The notes beneath the pieces are model-generated. The model was not told the origin of the DNA. It saw only the letters and a list, made by a program, of their open reading frames with translations, and did not search any database. The translations under genes were made by a program, and so were the position numbers. From Podarcis melisellensis (Eukaryota), in NCBI GenBank assembly GCA_964234715.1, contig OZ174280.1: a stretch of DNA of 64,000 bases, one strand, 5' to 3'. Shown piece after piece: positions 24,602-37,326 of this stretch. The first letter of the stretch is position 1; every line of letters begins with the position of its first letter.

Positions 24602-25560
24602 TGCTTGGAACCTGTGGCTAGATGGTTTCATGGGAGCCGATTGAAACTAAATCCTTCGAAGACAGAGGTCCTATGGCTAGGTTGGGATGGCATGGGGATG
24701 AGAGACCAACTCCCTTCTCTTGCGGGGGCCCAATTAGTGCCATTGCCTTCCGTTAAGAGTTTGGGTGTAATCCTTGACGCTTCCCTTTCCATGGAGGCGC
24801 AAGTTACAGCAACAGCCAAGGCGACATTTTTCCACCTTCGCCGCATCAAGCAGTTGGTCCCTTACCTTTCCCGTCCCGACCTGGCCACAGTGATCCAAGC
24901 GACGGTCACCTCCAGGCTTGAATACTGTAATTCGCTCTACGCGGGGCTGCCCTTGAAACTGACCCAGAAACTCCAGCGGGTGCAGAATGCTGCAGCGAGG
25001 CTCCTCACGGGGTCTCTGCCATGGGAGCATCTTCACCCAGTGCTTTTCAAACTGCACTGGCTCCCGGTGGAGTACAGGGTCAGATTTAAGGCGCTGCTTT
25101 AAAGACGCTGCTTTAAAGCCCCACAGAGAGCCTCAAGGTCCATAAATAGCAACACCCTAGTGGTCCCAGGCCCTAAGGAAGTCAGATTGGCTTCAACCAG
25201 AGCCAGGGCCTTTTCAGCACTGGCTCCGGCCTGGTGGAACGCTCTGCCCCATGAGACCAGGGCCCTGCAGGATCTGATTTCTTTCCGCAGGGCCTGTAAG
25301 ACAGAGTTGTTCCGCCTGGCCTTTGGCTTGGAGCCAATTTGATTACCTCCCTCTCTCTCTCTTTTTTCTTACCTTCTCCTCCTGCGTTGAGGCTACATTT
25401 TATTTTAATGTTGTAATATTTTAATGTTGTATTTTAATTTTGTTTTTAAGTTGTAATCATTCAACTTGTTTTTATTTTGCTTGTAAGCCGCTCTGAGCCC
25501 GGCCTTGGCTGGGGAGGGCGGGGTATAAATAAAAATATATTATTATTATTATTATTATTA
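24602..25560 (+). mobile_element. L2 LINE 3' fragment
   Basis: ORF 24605-25102 RLKLNPSKTEVL...VKSLGVILD...TSRLEYCNSLYAGLP...LHWLPVEYR; (ATT)n tail. Confidence 0.93.
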
Positions 25561-28270
25561 GAGTATATTGTATTCAATTATGGGGTATCAGAGTTTTTAG
25601 GGGCTAAACAGGCTGGGATAGCTGGGATAGCAGGTTTGTGGGTTTTTGAATGTCTGATGTAGATTTTTTCAGTTTCGTTGTTCTGTATGGGACAATGACA
25701 ATAAAGATTATCATATCGTATCGGGTCTCAAAACTTGCACTTTTTCTTCTAAAGGGCAAGGAGTGGTTTCTATTTTGGCTGTTTACACACAATTCTTTTA
25801 AAACACATTCAAAGGACATTTCCCCTCAAAGAATTCTGGCCACTGTCATTTTCTCCACCCAGAGTTACGGTTCCCAGGAACTCTTCACAAACTACAGTTT
25901 AAGACTGAGGGGTGGGATGTCCTTTGAATATGTAGAGTGTGTACATTCATCTAATTTTACTTCTGCCCTGTTTCAGTTGTTTTATGATGTTAGTGTTGTG
26001 TGATTGGTCTGGAACCTGCATGTTATGACCCGCAGATCAAAAATCCTTAAAATGGAGGGAAAGATCCACAGAGGAAGGGGGGAAACCGGCTCCGCTTCAC
26101 ACGTGAACATTCCTGTCACTGGCTAAATAAGTATTTATTCAGCCAGTTTTGGCAGCCTCTAGAGTTTTGCTCAGCCTGTGGCATACAGGCTTCACTAATG
26201 GAATAATTGACAACCAAGCCCTTAATTTCCTGACAACATTAAATTTTCCACACCAGAGCAGCAAGCTCATTGAGGTGGAGAGGCTGCTCCAAAAAACAGA
26301 CCGATGTATGTGGGCTAACAACACCTCATACCTGTTTAACTGCAATACTCAGAGGCTTAGGCTACTGGTGGTAAAATGGTCTCCACTGCTTCAGCCCACA
26401 AGTTAAGGTGGGGTAACATTTTGTAACGTTCTGTGCAAATTGAAAACCAGCACAGCAGGCAAATGGCTGGGATGGAACATTTCTGTTTCCCATAGATTTC
26501 ATTGGGAAATAAGTGCAAATGCCAATGAAGTGTGGGTCTCTGACTCTAGGCTAGCAAAATCCACAATTAGTACTGGTCTTGGCAAACCTCCAGCTTTTTT
26601 CTATTTTGAAACTGAGAACAGCTGGAGAAAAAAATCCTGAAAAACGTTGTGAAAATACCCACTATTTTGCCATATCCTGTTTAGTGCCATTGTTATTTCT
26701 GCCTGCTGTGCTTCGTTGCCATTCTCTCTCCCCGCCCACCCCCTGGCTTTTTTTGGCTCCTGTATCATCTTGGAATATTCATATGGGTGATCCCACCAGA
26801 ATGGGATCAAGCAAATGAGATGACATCACAATGTAAGGTCAAAAATAAATATCTGATTGACCTATGTGATAACTGAAGTGACCTTATAAGATGAACAGGA
26901 ATGTCTTACTGGAAAATCCACTTTTTTAAAAAAAGGCAGGGGTTCTTTTTGACAATGCTGAAAGTGCTTCCCCAAACAGTGAGCCATTTTGGCTCAGCCT
27001 TAGTCAAAAACTCATTTAACTTCCCTTGACTTTCTTTGTTTTGTCCAAGTGGGAGGCTTCATTTTAGGACAACTCAGAGAAGTGAGAGTGTTGCATGCCA
27101 CCCCAATCTCTGAGCAGTATGAGATTCCAGGGATTCCAGGTGCTTACCCAGGGTTCATGTTTACTTTTGGAAATGAGGCAAGGTGGAGACTGTGGTATCT
27201 TTAGGATATGTGGTTTATTTACACATATAGACAACCTGAGCTTATGATGGAGGGGCTCACCAAGAGGGTATTGCTTCTCCTATAGCCACACGCTTGGATT
27301 CAAACAGAAAACAGACATTGCTCTCAAGCGTTGTTCTGTCTCTCTCTCCAGCTTGCTGCTTCCTTCCTAGGACACATCACTGCTCTCTACTCTCTGCTCT
27401 GAACTCTGGCTTTATTCCTTCTCGCTATCTGCAAGTTGAGGGAGGAGAGTTGAGGGTCCCACCCATTTGCCATCTCCCACAGAGCCCCTTAATTCCCCCT
27501 TAATGGCTCGTCATCCAGGCTATCACCTCAACAGGAAGCTAGCCTGGCTTATCCAAGAATTAGAAGCTTTGATTAAATTCTAAAGCTTGCTGGATGCAGG
27601 GATTAGAGGAGTCTGGCACACATCTTAACACCTGAAATTAATAACAACATGTTGCTATCCTTATCAAAATTAACAATGGGAAAAGTTCTGAGAGGGCAGC
27701 AGGTTGGACACCAGATTCTAGGTGTTAATACATCCCTGGGTCCTAAGCTCATACTCTGCCTTGATCCTGAAAAGATCTTGCAATTGCGCTTGCAATTGAT
27801 CCGTCCTTTGAGCATCCCGGGAGCCTGGCCCTCGGTGCCAGCATTGCACAGTTCCTTCCTAGCACTTAGCAGGCACCAAAAATCCTCTTTGTGTGTCTTG
27901 TGAATGGGCTGATTTATTGAAACGGCTGTAGCTGAGGCAACCAGTCTGAATCAATAGATCAAAAAGGTGCTGCGGAGGCTATCACCACCAAGCCACTTGT
28001 TGAAATCCCACTCACAGCCATCTAAAGATCTGTATAATTGTCTCCACCAGTGTGGGATCTGATGGACATGAAACTGCAAACCATTTCCCTGTCTAGAATC
28101 CACCCAACCCTGACAATGTTAAATCCCTGTGTAGGCTGTCTAGCTGCTCCCACATCTAGAACAAGCCCCTTCAAAGCAGACTTCAGCGCCTTCCATCTCC
28201 TTGCCTCCCCCTTGCAATATCACCATCATTACATCCCAATATCCCTGCCTGTTTTCTTTGTTCATAGATA

Positions 28271-28392
28271 ACAGAATCATAGAGTTCGAAGGGACCCCAA
28301 GGATCATCAAGTCAAACCCCCTGAAATGCAGGAATAAGCAGCTGTCCCATAGCCTTGGCATCAGCACCATACTCTAACCATCTCAGCTATCC
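28271..28392 (-). mobile_element. tRNA-Ile/CR1-tail SINE (Squam2-like), internally deleted
   Basis: tRNA-like head joined to a CR1-type ctctatgattct tail. Confidence 0.75.
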
Positions 28393-29834
28393 ATGCTTCC
28401 TGTTGTACCAGCCTCTACCCTCAAAAGGTGGTCTGCTCCCTCAAAAGTCTCTATCCTTTCCCCCTTGCTGCCCCATGGGCTTGGAACTAGGCATAGGTAG
28501 TGCTGCCAATTTTGGCCTCTCTCAGTTTCTTATTTTTTTACTCTTGAGTTCTCTGCATTTCTGCATCAGGTTCCCAATTTTTAGCACCAACACAATACTA
28601 CCTCTTCTGCTTTATTCAGATCCCTCCTTGAGCAAAACCCTCCAGTTCCCACGTCCAACTGTTACAGCCTGTAACTAAGCCTAAGTTCCTGCAAATAATA
28701 TAGCCACATGTTTGTGGTTATTGTTTACTACTGCCTCTGCTGCCTGCCTCTATTTCTCCTGTGTCAATTTTTAAATTGTAACCTCCTCTGTGCACCCATA
28801 AGCACAATGATGGCACTATATAAATACACACAGGTCCTGCCATCAGGTAGCTAGCTCACTATGCGAAAATTCACTCATCTGAATGTAGAGAATTTGGCCC
28901 AAACCTTGCTATGCACTCCACACATCCAGGTTTCTGAACAGCCAGAGTTTGCCCACTTGTTTGTGCTTTGCTGGTCAGCAGCCGCCATTTTCAGTCAAGC
29001 AGGGAGCAATCAAACGATTGGGATCAGACAAATCAGGAAGCAGGAGAGCTCAGACAAATAATTATTTCCTTTGTCCCTCTTTTGCTGTTTGGTTTGCAGC
29101 CATTTCAAGAATAAACCATGGTGAGAGGGGAGAGAGAGCGTCAACAAATCACAGAGTAGAAATGTTCCCATAGGAATCAACGGAAATTGTGGACTCGCTA
29201 TGCGAAGGCTCGCCTAACGGATGATTTCCAGGGAATGCATTGCATTTGCTAAGTGGGGCCTGCGTGTAACATAACATGTAGTGGATGGTATGTTTGGGCA
29301 CTGGCCCCCTCACCTGACCTCCGCACAGCTGAGTCACCCTTTCCCCCCCCCCATGAGGAAGGAAGACTAACATGCCTTGCTGATCTCCCTGCTCCCTCAC
29401 CTCTTTCCTTCCCAAAAAAGCAACAGTGACTTTGCTGTCATGAGGTCACTTGAGTGCTGGTGGCCCACCACACTATCCACTACTGAAGATAATGTAGCAT
29501 AAATGTTCATATAAATGTGGTTGAATAAGCAAGCATGAAAGAGTAGCATGGGATGTGGGCACAATGCTTAGAATGTGGGCCCCAAAGTGTGTAGCTCAAC
29601 ATCAAGGGGGCAAAAGGGGACTTGTTGACTTGCCACTAGAGCTAAATGAATCCTCACCACCACCTCCAAATTCTTCTGCACATTTTTTTATGGTGAACGT
29701 TTTCAAAACATGCTCTGAGTGTGCAATATTTTATATTTGACATCAGATGTCCAAAGATTTTGCAGGAGTAGTCAGTGTTTGACACCTTCTGGCAGCTGAC
29801 ATACAGTAGCTCTCAGGATCTGTCAGGCTGCATT

Positions 29835-30000
29835 TATTATTATATTTTCCCCATCCAATCCTTCCCCCAAGGAGGTCAGAGCAGCGTACAGAGTCACTGC
29901 TGCTGCTTTATCTTCACAAACATCTGAGGCTGCAGCTTAGGCTGAGAGTGACCTGGGTCAAAGTCACACTTGGAGTTTGTGGCTGAGGGTGTCCTGTCCT
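29835..30000 (-). mobile_element. Old CORE/MIR-like SINE
   Basis: tttatcttcacaaac...ttaggctgagagtgacctgggtcaaagtcacac resembles a CORE domain. Confidence 0.5.
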
Positions 30001-31262
30001 AGGGGTCATAGGATGCAGCAGATCTCCACCCTCTGCAGGCAGAGAGGGAGATCCACAGGTGCAGCAACACGTCCGCCCATTGGCACATCCTCCTTGTAGC
30101 CACTGACACCTCCACAGTCTTCCATTCTCCTCCACTGGTGCCCCAGGAGGTATTCCATGAACATTGGGAGAGTAGATCAGGGGAGGCTTTGGATTCCTGT
30201 TTCCTCAATACTTAAGGGGCGAAGCCTCACCAGCTGCTGATCAAAGCCATCAAAATGCTGTCTTTGCAGAGTTTTTAGTACTTTAGTCTCTGTTCCCACA
30301 GCCTCCCTCCCCACACCTAAAAAAAATAGCCTTGCCAGCCACTGCAGAGACAGTTAATACAAAAAAGACAGTGAAGAAGGAGAATCTAGTGGCTGCCGAG
30401 GGGTGGGGTGAATCAACCGTCGGCCACCTCATGTGTAAAGTAAGTTCATCCGACCCCTCTCCCGAATTTCTCAGATACTTGCCTACCTATCCTTCCGCCT
30501 CACGAAAGTAAACACCCCAATCTAGAACCCACCTCAGAAAGGGAGTGGTCGTCCCATTAAAAAGTGCTGGGAAGTTTGGTCCACTGCAAGCACAGTTCAA
30601 GCCAAGTCAGGATTGTACATGCATGTGAGAGGACCCAAACAGTGATTTTGCCGCATGTCCTGATCATTAGGCACAGTTCTGGGTTTTAGCTGCATTTCTC
30701 CGCACATTCTTAGAAACAAAACAGTCAGCCCAATGGCTTTAAGGGGCTTTTTCTGAGCAAGTCACAGGGAGGGGTCAGTAGTGTGACATACGAAGGACTC
30801 TGGCAACTGAGAGCCTCCTGGGGATGGTCTAATTTGCGACAGTGGTTGGAAAAGCTTAATCCCTTTAAATTTCTCTTTATTGATTGGGGATTTGCGGCTA
30901 AATCACTCGCTATAGAAATGCATTTGCTCCCTCATTCAGAGTGCATTAACAGGCCAGAGAAGGAAGGGTAGGCTAGGCTCCTCCGGGAGTGTGATTGTGC
31001 GACATTGGCCAGAGCAGGGAGGGGGCTGGCTTGAGTCCTTGAGAATGCAGAGCCTGAGGAAATTCCAAGGGACACCAGAGCAACCTGACAAGATTTAGAA
31101 GGGCTTGAGAGCAGGCCTTGAATGCGCCATTTGCCAGAATAGGATTCAATTTCTCCTGCAGCTCAGAATTGGGTGGTTCAAGGGGCTTATGGCTGTGACT
31201 TCAGCTAAGGAAGGTGCAAAAGCAGACGCTTCCCTGGTCCCAATTCCCCTCACTGTATATAG

Positions 31263-31530
31263 GTAAAGGAAGCCCTGACCGCTAGGTCCAGTCACGGACG
31301 ACTCTGGGGTTGCGGCGCTCATCTCGCTTTACTGGCCAAGGGAGCCGGTGTTTGTCCGCAGACAGTTTTTCCAGGTCATGTGGCCAGCATGACTAAGCCG
31401 CTTCTGGCGAACCAGAGCAGCGCACGGAAACACCGTTTACCTTCCCGCTGGAGCGGTACCTATTTATCTACTTGCACTTTGACGTGCTTTCGAACTGCTA
31501 GGTGGGCAGGAGCAAGGACTGAACAATGGG
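31263..31530 (-). mobile_element. Sauria SINE, 5' truncated
   Basis: 11-bp TSD actgtatatag (31252-31262 / 31531-31541). Confidence 0.93.
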
Positions 31531-32237
31531 ACTGTATATAGAAGGAGCATAACTGGGGTTCCTAAAGGAGCACCATTTTTGGGTGTCATCTTAGGAAGAG
31601 GGGCATCAAAGATCACATTACTTAAGTAACATTACTTGATAAATTGATAAATTCAGCTAAATAAGCAAAACAGTTTTGAAGAATACTTTGTATTTAGATT
31701 AGGGTGGGGATCCTGTGCTCCTTCAGCTGTTGCTGGACTGCAACTCCCATCCCTCCTGACTCCTGGTGATGCTGGCTGGGGCTGATGGGAACTGGAGTAG
31801 GCCATAGGTTTCCCACCCGTTTTAGATTGTGACTTCTACAATGCACCAATGTATCATCTTAGAACAGGCATTCCTTTGTGCTGGAGGGAGAAAGGGGAAT
31901 TCCTCTTAAGATGGTGATTGCCGTTAACAGTTTTTATAAGTTTCTTATAACGGGTTTGCTTTTTAATAGATAAAAAACCCACTACCTGATGAAGCAGGAC
32001 ACCATTTTGGATGCTTAAAAGGTTGTGTGTGTGTTTTAATTGCTTGATTTAACCAATATTGATTTAACCCTATTTAAAAGTGCATAACTTTCAAAAGATT
32101 ATTAGGAAACTGTCTTACCTCAAATCAGACCATTGGCCCATCCAGCCCAATTCTGCCAACCCTCGACAGCACCTCTCCAGGGCTTCAGGCTGGAATTTCT
32201 GCCAGCCCTGCCTTCAGTTTTCAGGGACCGACTATGG

Positions 32238-32375
32238 CAGGTGTGGGGAGCCTTAGGCCCTCCAGATGTTGCTAAACTCTGACTTCCATCAGTTTTAGCA
32301 AGCAGTTCTAATGACCAGGGGTGGTGGGAGTTGTAGCGGAGCAACATCTGGAGGGCCAAAGGCTCCTCACACCTG
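32238..32375. mobile_element. Palindromic hAT-type MITE (related copies at about 31700-31820 and 32776-32895)
   Basis: caggtgtggggagccttaggccctccagatgttgc ... gcaacatctggagggccaaaggctcctcacacctg, a long inverted repeat. Confidence 0.8.
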
Positions 32376-33214
32376 GATGATGGGATCTTATGCAGGCAAA
32401 GCATCTGATCTAACCCTGAGCCACAGCCCTTTCCCAGATGGGGAAAAGCCAGGTATCAGGTTGCTCAGAGGCACAAGGAGAGCCGACTAGGCAGAAGGCC
32501 ACCTTTGCCGTCCTGTAGACTCAATGCCTGCAGCCCAACACACCAAGGTATCTTCAAGCCATTGAGTGGAGGAAGCAAGAACAAAATAAAACAAAAAGGA
32601 GCCCTGTTGAATTAGAGCACTGAGCCCAGCATACCACTTCCCACAGCAGCCCACAAACAAATTGGAAAGCACCAGTGGACGATAGCTGATGTTTGCCACG
32701 CAGCTGGCATTCAGAGGCACATTGCCTCTGCACATGGAGATGCCACAGAACCACAATAACTATAAACCAAGCATAGCCAGTGGGCTGTCTTCCAGGTGCC
32801 GCTGGACTACAACTCCCATCTCCCCTGAACATGCTGGCTGGGGCTGATAGGTGTTGGAGTCCAACACCTGCTGGGCCCCATGTTGGCTACCCTGATACAA
32901 GCCACTGAAAATTCTCTCTTCCCAGAATTTTTCAAATTCCTGTATCGCAGCCCTGGGATCCCAGACTCTATTTTAGGAATGGGCCTGGCCGCATTCCCCT
33001 TTTTGTTTTATCAGACCAATGGGAAGGAGTAAATACATGACTTTTCTCTGAGCTTATAAGCCACTAGGAGGAGGAGGAGGAGGAGTCTGGAGGCTTACAG
33101 CCTCTCATCAGCCCTAGCTTTGCCTACCTCCACTACAGCAGATTACTGGCTGGGCTACTCATGAGCAAGCAGCAGCTTCTTCTTTAAAGCTCTCAGGGGT
33201 GGGGCCATCAACAT

Positions 33215-33780
33215 AATTTATGGCAGTGTGTTATATACCTTATTTAAATTCTCTGCAAAATACTTCCCTCTGTCCTTCCTGAATCTCCTGCCAACCAGTT
33301 TGACTGGGTTTTTCTCAAGTTCTGGTATCGTGAGAGCGGGAGAAAAAACTCTATTCAATTTCTCGACACCAAGAATAATTTTATAAACCACCATTTTTGC
33401 CCCCATTAATCTTCCCTCAACACTAAAACAGCTCCAAACATTTAGCTTTTCCTTAGAATAAAGGTGCTCTTTGGTGCCTTCCGCTGCTCATCTTGCTTGC
33501 CATTTTCCAGCTCAACAATACCCCTTTGGAAATGGGGCATCCAGACCTGTTCACATTATTTGAATGCGGCCTCGGCAGAGATTTATAGAAAGCTATTATG
33601 ATATTGACAGTTTTATTCTTGATCCCTTTCCTAGCGATCCCTAGCATGGAATTGCCTATTTCGCAGCTGCTGCACATTGAATTGACCTCTTTATTGAGCT
33701 GTCCACCATGACCACAAGATGTTTTTCCTGGTCCATCACTGCCAGTTCAGATCCCATCCATGTATATTTATAGCTAATTT
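33215..33780 (-). mobile_element. Old CR1 LINE RT C-terminal fragment
   Basis: YTWMGSELAVMDQEKHLVVMVDSS...QCAAAAK / NSMLGIARKGIKNKTVNIIIAFYKSLPRPH / VYKIILGVEK in shifted frames. Confidence 0.85.
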
Positions 33781-34658
33781 GGGACTCTCTTTGCTGCAAT
33801 CCTATGACCATATTCCTGGAAGTAAGACCCATTGAACTCCATGGAACTTTCTTCTGAGTAAAGCTTCTTAGGATTAGGCTATTAGTGTTGGACTTCTTCG
33901 CCAACCGAGTGTACGCAGTGACTGGGGTGTTTAAATAAAAGGCTGCCCACGATATCTTTGCTTATTTTTGTTTTTGAATATATAATAATCAAACAGCTAC
34001 AAATCACCACTTCACACCAGCACTATACAAAACATTTGATCAACTATCAACTTAAATACAGTTTTCAAATAATCAATTGCCCTATCACATCACGGCGTTC
34101 GGTGCAGCAGGTAAACTCCCCCTCTAATTAGTTAAATTGTCAAGGGACCACAGGTGTGCTGCCATGCAGATGAAGACTACAAACACACACTTCTGAGTAG
34201 CACCATCAACCACCTCAATATTAAGAAAACCCAACAATTAGTACCCTAGGATTTAATTCATCAGACCAATAGCAAGGTATTTCCTGACCTTATCAATTAT
34301 GCTTTTATGCTGTTTTAAATGTGCATTTTATATTTAACTTCCTTTAGTAAAGTTTTCTTTTGAAATGCTTAAGTTAATATATATTTTTAGGTTGATTTTG
34401 TGGCATTAAACATGCACTTCATAGTTGACATCCTTTGTAATGTGTTATTTTAAAATCTATAAGATAATATTTTTGTTTCCTGTTTTTTTGGTTGTTTTTT
34501 TTTTTTTTTTTTTGCTTTGAATGTTTACTTGACTTTATTCAGCAATGTTTTATTATGGGTTGTTTTCAGAAATTCCTTAAAAATCTAAAGCAGCATAGAA
34601 ATGAAATGATCGATCCTGATCCCCCAGTAGTTTTATTCCACTTCTACAAGGCTGCATA

Positions 34659-35324
34659 GGGATGCGGGTGGCGCTGTGGGTTAAACCACAGCCTAGGACT
34701 TGTTGATCAGAAGGTCGGTGGTTCGAATCCCCACGAGTGAGCTGCCGTTGCTCGGTCCCTGCTCCTGCCAACCTAGCAGTTTGAAAGCACGTCAAAGTGC
34801 ATGTAGATAAATAGGTACCGCTCTGCTTCAGTGCTGAAGCTGACTGACTATGCAGAATTGGACAGATTAACCAGAAAAATTAGATATCTTCAAGACCAAA
34901 AGTTCATCGAGGACTGGGGGAAATTTGTTGAATATCTGAAAAGAATATGTGATGTGCAAACAACACTGGTGGGATTTCAAGAAGCACTGTGAAAACAGAG
35001 ATATATTGTTAAAAAACAAATAGGAGTGGGAGGGAAGTTTAATGGCAATATAAACAGAGAAATGCGTAAACTGAGAAGAAATTATGGATGATTGTCAGAG
35101 AAGCCGAAGGAAGTCTAAAAAGTATCAAATTTGTGAAAAATTTGTGAAAAATTGGCATAATTGTATTTTTGTGTTGGAAAATAATAAAAATTATTCAAAA
35201 AAAAAATAGGTACCGCTCTGGCGGGAAGGTAAACAGCGGCTCCCTTGGCCAATAAAGCGAGATGAGCACCGCAACCCCAGAGTCAGTCACAACTGGACCT
35301 AATGGTCAGGGGTCCCTTTACCTT
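34659..35324 (+). mobile_element. Sauria SINE split by an L1 insertion
   Basis: 13-bp TSD tacaaggctgcat (34645-34657 / 35325-35337). Confidence 0.93.
34826..35203 (+). mobile_element. L1-clade LINE 3' end
   Basis: Open frame KLTDYAELDRLTRKIRYLQDQKFIEDWGKFVEYLKRIC...* to 34992, 3' UTR, AATAAA and poly(A), 17-bp TSD aaataggtaccgctctg (34809-34825 / 35204-35220). Confidence 0.85.
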
Positions 35325-36006
35325 TACAAGGCTGCATGGTTTTCCTTTTGGGAGAGGAAGAGGCATGCAAAATAAGACTTTGTCATCTCTAAGCATTTCA
35401 CCATCCTTAAAAGCCTACTGTTTCCTTGGTCTTGCTTCAAGTGTACCTGGGTGCGGGGGGGGGGGGGGAGAACTTTTTGTTTGCTACTCTTAGCTTCCCA
35501 TCTCAACTCTTTCGGAATTTCTGCTTTCCTGACATTTGGTGACCAGCCCTCCCTCCCACATACTATTATTACTATAACCAGGCTCACATTTTTCTTTCTC
35601 TTTTGACACTTTCTTGTGATGTTGCCTTTTGTAGCTCCACCTTAAGGAATGCCTATCCACCTCAGTCTCCTTACCCCATTAGTAGTACCTCTAGCCTTGG
35701 AACTCTGCCTAGCGCTTCCCTGAACACAGCCATTATTATTTTTCTGTCTTTGCAAAAACGAAAATAAAAAATAGACCTGCTCCACGCACAGCAAGCTTTC
35801 TTATTGTTCTGGATAGTGCCCTTGGACTATAAACATATATGTTATGTCACCAGCAAGTGCCAACCGGAGGCAGGGGTGTTTTGTACTCCCATTTCTCAGC
35901 TGTAAACAGCAAGCTGGCACTGATCTGATCACTAAAAAACAGTTAGAGCTGCCAGGTCGCCAGTATCCCACAGATGAATCTTGTGGTGTTACAAGCCAGA
36001 GTCCGG

Positions 36007-36038
<32 letters not shown>
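36007..36038. repeat. (GATT)n microsatellite
   Basis: Direct reading. Confidence 0.95.
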
Positions 36039-36039
<1 letters not shown>

Positions 36040-37067
36040 CATTTCCCAAACCAAGAAAGGACAGGCAGAGGCGACAACCTCCCTTCCAGCCAAGACTAAG
36101 GCTTACCCAATGCCCAACTGGACAAAGTTGTGAGGCAGGCGAAAAGCAATGGTTGATGCCAATTTGCCAAGTAGAAGAAAATCGTGCCCGGCCCCAAATA
36201 CAGCAGCCAGGAGACCAACTCCTAGGGGTGGTGGGGTCTTCAGCACGCTCAGTGTTGGCTGGCAGGGGGCTGGACCCCTCAATGTTGAGGGAGCAGAGGA
36301 GACCGAGCATGGCATGGTTCAATGGCAGACTCCTCCTGAACATGAGAAAGGAAGCAGTGCTACACTGGGTTCCCCACTCGTCCTCCTCCCAACTGTGCGA
36401 CATCATGTGTGTGTTGTGTGTCATGCATATGACGTCACACTGGTGCATCGCACATATGATGCCGCACACATGCCTGATGGATGTAGGCTTTCTTACTGGT
36501 GGCACTGGTGGCACTCCTTGCTGAAATTCTAGAATCCCCATCTCTATTGGCACTCTGCTGGCTTTAGAAGAGGCATCTGCTTAGACAGACATTCCCACGA
36601 TCTCTTGACCTGACTCTCCTGTTTTAATGGGATTTTTATTGCATATTTTAATCATAGAAGTTTACATTTTAATGGGACTGTTTTATTTAGTTTTTTAATT
36701 ATGGTGTCTTTTTAATTATGCTGAATTTTAGCAATGCCGTGGAACCAGGTTTTTATGTTTTGAAAACTGCTTAGACATAGTCTTGGCATCAAGCAGTAAA
36801 TAAACAAATAAACAATTTTAAAATCTGATAGGCTTGATAGGCTTGGAGAATTGCCCAGCAGTAAAGGGTTAGGGGAGGAGCTAGTGGTAAAGAGGAGGGG
36901 CTGGAGATGTAAAGGTTCAGTACAAGGTGAGGGTGGGGGGCATGCAGGAAAAACAAGTGTTTCAAAAACATGGGGAAGAATGTGTCCATTTTTCCAGTGG
37001 GTGGGGGATATTTTATTTTAAAAGATTTTAAAAGCAGTGTTTAAAATAAAGTTGTTCCTGGAAGTTA

Positions 37068-37326
37068 AAGGTAAAGGGACCCCTGAGTCCAGTCGCGGAT
37101 GACTCTGGGGTTGCAGCGCTCATCTTGCTTTACTGGCTGAGGGAGCCAGCATTTGTCTGCAGACAGTTTTTCCGGGTCATGTGGACAGCATGACTAAGCC
37201 GCTTCTGATGAACCAGAGCAGTGCACGGAAACGCCGTTTACCTTCCCGCCGGAGCAGTACCTATTTATCTACTTGCACTTTGACATGCTTTTGAACTGCT
37301 AGGTTGGCAGGAGCAGGGACTGAGCA
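37068..37326 (-). mobile_element. Sauria SINE, 5' truncated
   Basis: 8-bp TSD ggaagtta (37060-37067 / 37327-37334). Confidence 0.93.

Noticed and set aside
35801-36553. Longest ORF (250 aa, - strand) and its antisense 164-aa ORF
   Set aside because: Runs through a (GATT)n microsatellite (SINQSINQ) and repeat-like sequence; no recognisable domain; likely chance ORFs.
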